DNA from: Octopus vulgaris | Lineage: Eukaryota | Direction: 5' to 3' | Assembly: GCA_951406725.2 (NCBI GenBank) | Contig: OX597821.1 | Span: 69,130,001-69,194,000, forward strand | Length of the DNA: 64,000 nucleotides | Shown here: in pieces, positions 1 to 10,829 of the stretch | Layout of the letters: the number at the start of each line of letters is the position of its first letter | How positions within the stretch are numbered: position 1 is the first letter of the stretch | Notes under the pieces: generated by a model | Database searches by the model: none | Seen by the model: only the letters and a program-made list of their open reading frames with translations | Told to the model about the DNA's origin: nothing | Position numbers and translations under genes: made by a program

Positions 1-390
1 CATATATGGGTACAGGACGTCACACAATGTAAACAACATGAAATATGAAAACAGGAAATACATAATATGAAAACATGGAATATGAATTTTTTTCAAACAA
101 CAAAAGGAACAAATGGAAAACAAGACTATCGACATAAAGAACAACCTTTCATTAGTTGTCGGCTGCTTTTCTACTCCATATTTCGAGCAATTTCACAACA
201 AGATATATAGTCAAATTGACTAAAGGAACATTAAAAATAACAATAGCAAACAACAAGAGGATGTGCACATGGAATGTGTTAGTTTGATGCTAAATAAAAA
301 GAGTGAGTTTTTGATGGTTTGAGCACAGATCTTCATCAGAAAGGGAAACGTCCAAAGGAAGAAAAAAAAAAAAAAAGAATCACCAACAGC
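1..390 (-). mobile_element. Degraded Penelope-like (pLTR-type) non-autonomous element, probably related to 27689-27900
   Basis: Minus strand reads GTTGGTGATT(T)n ... CTGATGAAGATCTGTGCTCAAACCATC, matching the layout of the 27689-27900 copy; contains a decayed hammerhead motif at about 308-343. Confidence 0.5.
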
Positions 391-1784
391 ATTGTTGTAA
401 ATGAGAATCATCATCATACAAGCAAAGTTGTTCAGATCTCGCCTGCAATGAAAAACATGCTTAGTCATAGGAAAATGCAGCCTTGCTTGGAAACAGGTGA
501 AGGCTGGCAGCAGGAAGGGCATCTTGCAGTAGAAAATCTGCCCCAACAAATTTCATCTGGCCCACACAAGCTTAGAAAAGTTGATGTTAAATGATTATGT
601 TGGTGATGTTTCATTTCCCAGTTGAAGATAGTTCTCTTCACTTATATATTGATAGCGGCCTCAGGAAAAGGATGAAGATCACAATCCTTTTCTCTTTTCC
701 ATCTATTTGATAAAATTGATTTTGAAAAGTCAGTCACAAATGATGGTACCTTGGTGCATGAACATTTCATGTAAGTGAAAAATATATAAACAATGGGTTT
801 GAAATTAACATTTATTTCACTTCAAGAATTTGAAGGTTAAACTTGTCAACTTTTAGAAGGATTTGAAATCAAATTTGTTGCATGTATTAGCATGTAAACT
901 GTCTTTTGATTCTTGAAGGGCTATTTACTCTTTTAATACCAACCCATCTAAAACAACCCCTATCTGTTTTAAAGGAATGTAAATGAATTTTTTCCATCAA
1001 AGTTTCACATTAATTTACATTTCAAACATATATTTCAAAATATTAAATTATATTTCTAATCAAAATATTTGCTAATAGTACAGTTAATTTAGTAGATTTG
1101 TCATTATTTTCAAAATTAAATGGAACAAAGGCGATTGTATTTCATGAAAATATAGTAATGAAAGTGTTAAGGGAAAATATTTAACTCTCTGGTTTCACAA
1201 TGTGAATAGGATGAGAGATAAATCTTTTCCTGGATAAATCACTTACCTGTCAGATAATATTCCCAGGTAATTTGATACCTGTTATTGACAGCTGTGTAAA
1301 CTGCGGCTCTGATGACTAAAGTGTTTTACTCAGAAACACAACAAAACACCTGCAGTTGATCATCATCATCACCATTGTCATTGACGTGTCTGCTATTCCA
1401 TGCTTACACAGGTCAAACAAGAGTGTTGAGACAGAGTTTTCTATGACTGGGCACCTTTTTTTTTTGTCACCAGCCTCTCTGCATCCAAGCGAGGTAATAA
1501 TTTCCCAGTATATCAAGCCACAAACATTCCAGACATGCTTATGGGGAGAACTGGAAACAGATGACACTGGAATGAGCCTTTTGTTTACAAACATGCAGTA
1601 TATGTATATGTACACACGTAATATATAAATACATTTACATAGTGTGTGTGTGTATTTACACACATACGCTGCTTCTCAGCCAGGAGTTTTTGGTTTAGTC
1701 CCACTGTGTAGCACCTCTTCTGCTATAGCCACAGATTAAGGTTTCTGCCTACCAGAAACTTTGTGTGTGTATGTACATATACAA

Positions 1785-1785
<1 letters not shown>

Positions 1786-1879
<94 letters not shown>
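1786..1879. repeat. (CA)n(TA)n microsatellite
   Basis: Direct observation; its TA end is the mariner target site. Confidence 0.95.
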
Positions 1880-1880
<1 letters not shown>

Positions 1881-3090
1881 TAGGTTGTCCTAAGCTAAAT
1901 CTTTTAGCGTTTCATTGAACACACCTGAAGTGTAGCAAAGTTAAAACCTTGGTGTTGCTTGAAGTGGTAGTGCATCTCTTCTTTGTTCCTGATAAAAATC
2001 TTTCATTCTGGTTACATTTAATTGCCATTTGAAATGGATAACCAAAAATTTCATATTCGTGTTGAAATGCTTTTCCTTTTTTTTAAAAAAAGGAGAAAAT
2101 GCTGCAAAGACTTGCAAAGACATTTATGAAGTTTATGAAGATGATGTTGTAGGTGAACCAGCTGTTCAAAGATGGTTTGCAAAATTTGAAGCTGGAGAAT
2201 TTGGCTTGGAAGATGGCAGTTACAGTGGAAGGCCTTCAAAATTGGATGAAGCTGTTTTGAAGGCAAAAATTGAAGAAAACTCAAATATCTCAACTCGAGG
2301 ACTTGCAAGTTTCATGAACATCTAGTGAAGCTAGGATACATTTGTTGTTATAATGTATGGGTCCCTCACAAACTCTCAGAAAAGAAATGCTTGAACCAGT
2401 ATTCCATTTGTGATATGCTTTTGAAACAATGAAAGCATACCTGTTTTGAAACTGGAGATAAAAAAATGGATTACATATGAAAACATAGTGTGAAAAAGAT
2501 CCTGGAGTTTGCATAAGGATCCCCCCAAACAGCAACCAAAGATGAATATCCATGTCATAAAAGCTATGCTTTGTGTTTGGTGGGATTATAAAGGCATTAT
2601 TTATTATGAGTTTCTCTCACAAAGCCCGACCATTAATTCTGATTTGTGCTGTTGTCAGCTGGCTAATTTGAACCAAAAAAATCAAAGAATTGAAGCTGGA
2701 GATTGCCAACAGGAAAGGAGTAGTGTTCCAACAAGACACTGCCTGACCACATGTGTCTTTGGCTACCTGAGCAAAGTTACATGAACTTGGCTGGGATCTT
2801 TTACCCCATCCACCATATTTTCCTGATATTGCACCATCCAGCTACCACTTGTTTTTGTCTCTATAGAACTCATTGCAAGGAAAAACATTTAACGATTTAG
2901 ATGGAGTCAAAATACATCTAGATAACTTTTTTTTTCTTCAAAACCAGTGAAATTTTATGCTAATGGAATATTTAAGTTACTTGATAGATGGGCAAAGGTC
3001 ATTAATAATAATGGAAATTATTTCATTGAATAAAATTTTATATCCCTTTTTGCATATTAAAAAATGCTCAGAACTTTCCAGACAATCTAA
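1880..3090 (+). mobile_element. Mariner DNA transposon, near full length, inactive
   Basis: Termini TTAGGTTGTC (1880) and GACAATCTAA (3090) are inverted repeats flanked by TA on both sides; about 1.2 kb; carries a transposase pseudogene. Confidence 0.92.
2029..3033 (+). pseudogene. Mariner transposase pseudogene (frameshifts and stops)
   Basis: HTH-region VQRWFAKFEAGEFGLED..SGRPS, VWVPHKL (WVPHEL motif), WITYEN, KAMLCVWWDYKGIIYYEFL, HPPYFPDIAPSSYHLF (YSPDLAPSD motif) and FYANGIFKLLDRWAKVINNNGNYF, spread over different frames. Confidence 0.93.
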
Positions 3091-3639
3091 TATGTATACA
3101 TATTGTTTCAACCCATTTAGATTACTCTATCAAATGTAATGCTTAAATATTCACATTGTTCTGAATTACTCATGCATTATTTTGTAGCTTCATGATTTCA
3201 ATGATGTGATTGTTTATTTTCAAAATGATTTTGTAGTATAGGTGTGATAAGCTGGAGCTGGCCAATTTGAACACAAAAAAGGTAAAATATTTAGGCTAGG
3301 TATGGCTGGTTTAAATGTTAATGGGTTAAAGTTCACTTTACCATGTTTATATCACCCGGACAGGATTCATTGAAGCAGACTTTTTACAGCTGGATACCCT
3401 TCCTGTTGCCAATCTTCACCTGTTTTCAAGTAAGGTTCCTCATGGCCAGACATATTTTCACAGAAGATTGGAAATAAAGTACACTGCTTGTTTGATGCTG
3501 ACACGTGTTTACTGGTATCATGCAATGCTGGGACCTGGAGATTTAAACACACACTGTTTTCTGCCTTACCAAATTCTGGCAATCTAAATACTGCCAAAGA
3601 AACTTAAAGAAATGAGGAAAATAGTTGTGTGACCTGTCA

Positions 3640-5393
3640 ATATTATTTATGAACATGTATTGAATCATCAACTATTTCAAAACTTATATGATGAAAAGAT
3701 TGTAGAGAAACATTGCTTTAATGTACCATGGAGAGTTACATTGGTTAAATTGTGACTGAACTTCATGATAAAATTCTCTAATTCCTCAAGCATTAACAGT
3801 CTCCTTCTTGCAAACAATTTTGAAGACAAATATTTTATTGTTAGCCAGAGATATTTGACCCGATATTTCCATTTTCTCGATGATTTGAATATGTCAAATG
3901 CTGAAAAATGATGTGAACATTACTCAAACCAAGAGAAGCCTGTGGCATTTACAAGGAAATTAGCAATTTAGTGTCACCATGTTGAAGGTGGAAATCTAGT
4001 GAGTTTTTCAATCCTTGCTGATATCCTTAATGGAAATGGTAAAACATTTCCTGTGGAAATACTTGAAGTTAAAGAACTATTTGGAAATCCTCATCTTGAG
4101 GGTTACTTCTCTGATATTGATTACTTTAAATTGAAATTTCTTTGGATCTAGAATTCTTTCTCATTTCATATATCTATGGTGAGTTACAATGACTCAGCAA
4201 AGTATAATTTCAGTGACCCTTAGAAGCCACAAGAAAGATAACTAATTCCAAAATACTGGACTGAGTTTCAAACAGTTTTAGTGTTAGCAGATAACATATT
4301 TTTTAGCATACAAGTCAGTGTATTATATAGTGTAAACATCACCTTGACCGACCAGTCCGCTGGTCACAGCACACTGTCCACTCCTCTCTGGATCGCACCT
4401 TTCTCATCCACATGATCCCAATCGTCTTCCTGAAATCATAACTCCACAGTCGTGGAGGTCTTCCGGGTGGTCTTTTCCGCTCGCGCGGGTACCACTCGAC
4501 AACTGCGTGGGTCCACCGATTATCGGTGAGCCGGGCGAAGTGTCCAGCCCATCTATACTTGCAGAATCCCCTCGCAGTGTAAACATACAGTGTGAATATT
4601 CAAACATTCGTCAATATCTTACCAAGTCCTTCAGCATTTCACATGGAATTTTTGATTGTCTAAAGTTGTCAAGGTGTCTTGATGTACAAGGTCAACCTAC
4701 CTTTTTTAGATGTAAATTTTGGTCTGGAAAATTTGTGTTGTATGCCTGAAAAGATGGTAGAAGCTTTGCTGTAAGGGTAATGAGGTCATATAATTTTTTT
4801 TCTTTTCCTTGTGTATACAACCATGTATCTCTATGTAACGGAATTCTCTGCATTATTGAACTTGAAATCAAAGTAGAGAAATTGACTACATGTGTCAGAT
4901 GACATGTGAGTAACTTTGTCAATAACTCTACCTTGATTCCATGTTTTGATCACACATTTTACTGTAGCAAAACTCTTTCTCGATCAATAAGAATAAATGT
5001 TATAATATAGTAAAAATATGAAAAAAAAAAAGGAAGCACATTTTAACTGTTTGTTTGTTTGTTTTTAATGTAACTCAACTGTAAGTAATAAAAGTACTGA
5101 TTTATAATCTGAAACAGATGAATCAAAGCTATGTTGTAAAATAATTGCAGTTAGTTTGTATTTGTCATTTACTGCTTTTCTATAAATAAATATGACAAAA
5201 TCCTTTTTTTTTTTTCCTGTTCTGTTCCTGGTTATCCATAAAGTAAAACCAAACTATTGGCATATTTTGAAGTCATACTGGCACATAATAGGACTGGTGG
5301 TAATGATTTTGACAGTCTGGCAAATTGGGGGTATGGAGACCTACTGAGTGATCCTGTGGGGGTCTGAAATCATAAAAAGGTTAAGAACTACTG
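3640..5393 (+). mobile_element. hAT (Charlie/Buster-like) transposon fossil
   Basis: Frameshifted peptides LNHQLFQNL, LANNFEDKYF..YL, FLDDLNMS and EKPVAFTRKL resemble Charlie/ZBED5-type transposases; 3' TIR-like GGTTAAGAACTACTG at 5379-5393. The 5' end is not identified. Confidence 0.6.
4340..4575 (-). mobile_element. 5'-truncated RTE-clade LINE, young insertion
   Basis: Minus strand translates KYRWAGHFARLTDNRWTHAVVEWYPRERKRPPGRPPRLWSYDFRK (RTE ORF C-terminus); 11-bp TSD AGTGTAAACAT at 4329-4339 and 4576-4586; CpG-rich. Confidence 0.9.
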
Positions 5394-6537
5394 CACTGAA
5401 CATTTTAATGTTTATGCATGCAAACCACCTACATGTGTGTGTGTGTGTGTGTGATGCATGTATGTACTAGTACATATTTGGTTATATAGTCCTAAATACC
5501 CTGTCTGAAATGAGGGTGGTTACCATTGATCATAAGATTGCTTTGACAGGGTTAACCTGGAGCTAAACAGCAACAAATTAGTTATATATTGATGGCTTTC
5601 TTCCAACCATAGACAACACTATAATTTCTCAAATTATTATACACTTATTACTTAGGTAGCATAGCAGGGTAGTGGTAGTGAGTGGGGTAGCAAAAATGGT
5701 TGGTGGGTTAGTGAGAAGATAGATCTAACAGAGCTGGACTAAATATTGTGTATTGAATACTATATTTACTTTTATGTTATTTCACGTTTTAGTTTCAATT
5801 TGCACTGGGACCCAACTTAGTCTTTCATTCTTCCTAGGTTAACCAAATAAGTACCTGTTACATCATTGGAATTGATTCAGTGGACGATTCTTGTTTCCCC
5901 ATTAAAAATTTGTGGCCTTGTGCCAGTGTGAGAAATCCTTATTTGCTGAGGTCATTAGCGGAAATTTTCAACCATGAAATCTTTGGAGTTTGGAATGTGT
6001 TTTCTTTTTTCACTTTTGTTTTTGCTTTTGTTTTCTTCTTTTATATATATAACATTTATTTAGTCACTTGGTGAGTGGTAGTGGTGGTGGAGGGGGGATG
6101 AACATGTAAAGGAATTTGAGCTTAAGAAGGCAATGATGAAAGGGAAGAATGAAGAGGAAGAGCCAGGAAGAAGAAAATCAATTGCAATCGTTTAAGTGAC
6201 TCACTGCAAGACACACCCTCACAACTATGGCAGCAATATTAATTGAATTTCAAACTCGGAATGCATTTTCCTCCAAACTCAGATGATTTCCGGCATGAAA
6301 TTAGTAACTTCTTTTTTTTTCTGTTACTGTGTGATTTTTTTTTCCATGTATCAGTTTACTAACCTCAAAACTTGTGTAGATTAATGAAACTGTATATGTT
6401 TTTGGAGTTAATTGTTAGGTACTCTTGCTTCCTCTCCTCTTCCATTCTTTCTCTGTTATGTTTTACAATTAAGATTTGTAATATATACTGTTATAATTAG
6501 TAATATGTAACAACAATAATAATAATAACAATAATGA

Positions 6538-6593
<56 letters not shown>

Positions 6594-6595
<2 letters not shown>

Positions 6596-7260
6596 GGCAG
6601 CAAGCTGGCAGGATAATTATCGCACCAGACAACATACTTAGTGACATTTCTTCCAGTTCTTTACATTCTGAGTTCAAATCCCATAGAGGTCAATTTAGCC
6701 TTCCATCCTTTCAGGGTTGATAAACTAAGCACCAGCCAAGTACTGGGGTTGTTGTAATCAACTTTCTAACTGCCCTGAAAATTGCCAGTCTTGTGCCAAA
6801 ATTAGTAAGAATTACTATTATGAAGGTAGTAAGCTGGCAAAATCATTAGCACATTAGACAAAATGTTTAGAGCATTTCATACATCTTAATGTTCTGATTT
6901 CAAATTCCGCTGGTGTCAGCTTTGCCTTTTATCCTTTTGAGGTCAATTAAGTAAGTACCAGGTGAGTACTGGGATCAATGTAATCAACTAGCTCTCTCCC
7001 ACAAAATTTCAAGCCTCATGTAGAAAGAATTATTAATATGGTGGTGATGAGTTGGCAGAATTGTTAGAGTGTCAGACAAAACACCTTGCAGTATTTCTTC
7101 TGACACTTTACTTTCTGAGTTCAAATCTTGTTGAGGTCAACTTTATCCTTAATTTCTTTTTCTCAAATACAAGTCAAGAATTGGAGTCACCCTTATTTAC
7201 TATACATAGCCTCCCCACAAAATTCATGGCCTTGTGCCTATATTAGAATCCATTATGGAA
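6594..7260 (+). mobile_element. Head-to-tail array of three tRNA-derived SINEs (Nin/Deu-like segment) following (ATT)n
   Basis: Repeated unit: GAGCTGGCAGAA box A-like, GAGTTCAAAT box B-like, GCCTTTCATCCTTTCGGGGTCGATAAA-like segment, ATT-rich tail. Confidence 0.75.
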
Positions 7261-7699
7261 GAATCATTTTAGCCTTTTAAGGGTACATGAAATCTGTTAT
7301 ATACATTTTTGTTTCTTTCTTAATAGTATTGTTTAGTATCTAGCATTTAAGTTGTTTTGTCATACTTCTATATCCTGGTCACTGACAAGAGTGTCATTAT
7401 GTCTATTATAAAGGGTCCAGTTTTTCTGGATACTTCACAATAGGCTATATACTATTTGTGAAATAAATGAAGGTGAATTAAAGTTTTTATTGTGTGTTCT
7501 ATTGTGTGGCTAAATGTGTTCTTAAAATGCCTCTTTCATGATGTAGTTGTTGCAGTCCATGGTTTCTGATCAAGCCACTTAGGCAAACAAGTACCACTTA
7601 AATATATATATTATTGTTATTGCAAAAAAAGATAGAAATTATTGTTGATGTTATTATTTTTGTTATTACTATATTCATATACACACACAAAAGATTAGA

Positions 7700-8145
7700 C
7701 TGTTGGTAAAGAAAAATTCTTAAAATAAGGCTACAACAAGTAACCTTAGATGCCAAGAACTCCACTAAGTGTCCCAGCTGTCCTTAATAACACTGTCCCA
7801 GCTGTCCTTAATAACACTGTTTTCTGCAGCTATACTAAACTGGATTTTATGCCTATTTCCTCTATCCATCTGTTCAAATCTTTAGGGATAGTTCCCAATG
7901 CACCTATAACTACTGGGATACATTTTACCTACACTTTCCATAGTCTCTGATATTCAATGGCTAGGTCCTGGTACTTTACTATTTTTTCTATACCTCTTAT
8001 ATTAATTTTTTTCATCATTTGAGACTGTAAGGTCAATTATTTGGCACTTTCTATTCTCTTTATCTACTACTACAATACCAGGTCTTCTAGCCTCTGTTAC
8101 TCTGTCAGTCTGAATGTTCAAGTCCTGCAACATCTTGTATTTCTT
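7700..8145 (-). mobile_element. R4/Dong-type (RLE endonuclease) LINE 3' fragment
   Basis: DLNIQTDRVTEARRPGIVVVDKENRKCQIIDLTV, then KYQDLAIE..RLWK..IPVVIGALGTIPK; 24-bp tandem duplication at 7770-7817. Confidence 0.85.
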
Positions 8146-8379
8146 ACTGTATATTATTATTATTATTATTAAGCAGAAATGTTGGTATGCCAAGCAAAAT
8201 GCTTAGCAGTATTTCGTCTGTCTTTACGTTCTGAGTTCAAATTTTGCCGAAGTCGTCTTTGCCTTTTATCCTTTTGAGTTTGATAAATTAAGTGCTAGTT
8301 GTGTACTGGGGTCGATCTAATCGATTGGCCACCTCTCTCCCTCCCAAAAATTTTGGGCCTTGTGCCTTGAATAGAAAAG

Positions 8380-8433
<54 letters not shown>

Positions 8434-8759
8434 GATTTATTAAATTAAAAGAAATCATTTTCATCATTGAAGATGATGAGCTGGCAAAATTGTTAGTATG
8501 TTGGGCAAAGTGCATAGTGGCATTTCATCTGTCTTTACATTCTGGGTTCTAATTCTTGCTGTGGTCAACTTAGCCTTTCATCTTTTCAAGGTCAATAAAA
8601 TAAATACTAGTTGAGCATTTGGGTTGATGTAATTGACTATCCTTTCACCCCAAATTTCAGGCCTTGTTTCTATTATGAGGCTGTTGTATGCTACTTTACT
8701 TAGTAGTGAAGTTGTCTTGAAGTTTGGGGACAACAAATCTCCTCAAAGCTCAAGAATTT

Positions 8760-9335
8760 TTTTATTTTAGGGTTCTTGCAGAACACAGAACAACACTCTT
8801 ATGCAGGCTGATAATGTGTGTCACAATTTTGAGAGATGTTCTTCGGCTTCTTTGGTAGCAATTTATCTATTGTGCCAAGTGCACTATTTACCACAGGAAC
8901 AGTTGTTACTTTTGCTGCATACACTCTCTTCACCTCTCTGGTTAGGTTTTGATGTTCCTCAGTGTCTTTGGTATCCATTCAATTTTCCATGTGGTATTGC
9001 AGAGTCTGTGATCTTAAACTGTTTCTTTCTTTCCATATTTCTTTCTTTTTTTTTTGTCCTATACAATCGTATCTGGTCTTCTTGCTTCAATATTTCAGTC
9101 AGTCTCTATTGAAAACTCATATAAAATCATGTAATTATTTCACTATCACAGCCACTGGCTCATGCTTACACCACTTTTCTATCATTTTCAATCCACACTC
9201 TTGGCTAATATCCCAATACACTGTTTTTACTAGTAAAGTCTGGCTAGCACTTATATTCTTTTTGTGCTAGCTTACTGCAGTCACTTAAGGAATGATTAAT
9301 ACTTTCATCTTGTTTTCCACAGATTCTGTGTTTGC
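8760..9335 (-). mobile_element. Second, more decayed R4/Dong-type LINE 3' fragment
   Basis: CCHC-knuckle remnant RICGKQDESINHSLSDCSKLAQK, then VYWDI...EKWCKHEP and IEARRPDTIV. Confidence 0.75.
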
Positions 9336-9666
9336 TCTCTGATTTTCACCAATCTTGCTACCTCACTGTATCTTATCCTCCTCCTCCTCTCTTCTCATGA
9401 CATACAAACTTATTATACTGTTAGAAATTCCTACTGTTAGTGATTGTATGGGCAATAGAGTATACTCAAGCTTCTGAGAAATTGTATCTGGGCATCATAA
9501 AATTCTGTTTTCTGTTCTTTGAAAATCTTATTCTTTGTCTGAAATAATTATTCTCTCAAAGAAAGTTTTAAAATTTAGTTCATAGGGGATTTTCTTATCT
9601 TCTTCACTAGAATGTATATAGTTAAACAGAAAAAAGAGTTACTTCCTTTCATAACTGTTTTACTAG

Positions 9667-9992
9667 AACATGGCAGTCCTGGTTTAGGACAAATGTTGCT
9701 GTAATTTAGCCCCAGGAGACATCGTCTCCAGCTGGCTATACGATATGATCTGTGTCCTTATGTTTTTGAACAAGGGAATCTTGCACCCCCACTCAGCACA
9801 GATTATTCTGTACTGATGAAGGGAAATAACCCGGAAATCTTGATATACAGATAATCTTCTGAGCTGAGTGGGGGTGCTAGATTCCCTTGTTCGAAAATAT
9901 AAGACACAGATTGTTTCATATCGCCAGCTGGAGACGATGTCTCCTGGGGCTAAATTGCAGTAACATTCATCCTAAACCAGGACTGCCATGTT
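9667..9992. mobile_element. Fold-back element with about 135-145 bp inverted arms and a central hammerhead motif
   Basis: AACATGGCAGTCCTGGTTTAGGA...CCCCCACTCAGC is mirrored by GCTGAGTGGGGG...TCCTAAACCAGGACTGCCATGTT; no clear TSD. Confidence 0.9.
9801..9856 (+). ncRNA. Minimal type-I hammerhead ribozyme motif
   Basis: Stem I GATTAT-T-CTGTA/TACAG-ATAATC; core CTGATGA 9813-9819; stem II GGG-AAATAA-CCC; GAAA 9834-9837; mini stem III TC-TT-GA; UH = TA at 9844-9845. Confidence 0.7.
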
Positions 9993-10217
9993 TTGTTGGC
10001 AAACAATCTTTAAATCAAAGTTGTTTAATTTTTTGTTACCTGTGAAAAGCCTATTAGGTATGTTCTCTCAGTATTTTCTATATACATTGTCTAGTTTTTT
10101 TCTTCCCATGTGATAATTCTCACTCTAGGAAAACTGTAAATGGTGTTTATATGTTTTTTACATTCTTTTTACTTCATGGATTACAAACCTGTAATGTAAT
10201 TGTGAGGTTACCTTAAA

Positions 10218-10261
<44 letters not shown>

Positions 10262-10645
10262 TGTTTGCTTCACACAATCATGTGGTTTTTAGGTTCAGTT
10301 CCACTGCTCAGGCTGACCAACCCTTTTTTGTGAATTTGGTTGATGGAAACTCTGTGGTGGGGTGGGGCATGTACATGTGTGTAATAATACTTGCACTTCT
10401 TTGAAAAAAAAAATCACTGAGCTATGTAGAAGTGGTGGTGTTTTGTCATTTCCTCTGTCAACAAATCAGCTTCTGGCTTTGGGCATTTTAAGACATGCAG
10501 AATAAGATACCTCTTACTTGGAAAACCAGTAAGGGTTAGCAATAGGAAGGGCTCAATAATATATATATTCAACCCTTGCTAGTACAGGAAAATGGACATA
10601 AAAAACGTTTATTAATTTGGCAAATCGTATATGCATCAACTAAGC

Positions 10646-10730
10646 CAGTTGTTCCCAACCTGGGGTCTGCGAACCCCTGGTAGTCTGCAAAGATAGTACT
10701 GGGGGTCTGTGAACTAAATTCAAAATTTCT

Positions 10731-10764
<34 letters not shown>

Positions 10765-10829
10765 AGGGTAAGCATATTAAAAGAGGTCCATAGAAAAACT
10801 CATTTAAATACAGGGGTTGGGGACCATTG
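10646..10829. mobile_element. hAT MITE
   Basis: TIRs CAGTTGTTCCCAACC / GGTTGGGGACCATTG; 8-bp TSD AACTAAGC / TACTAAGC. Confidence 0.8.

Noticed and set aside
1236-1256. Minus-strand ACAG|GTAAGT (recursive-site-like)
   Set aside because: No pyrimidine tract, and it lies in a repeat also seen at about 52295-52370.
1305-1340. CTGATGA...GAAAC hammerhead-like spacing
   Set aside because: No convincing stems; it is a mutated SINE segment (TAAAGTGTCTTGCTCA-type motif).
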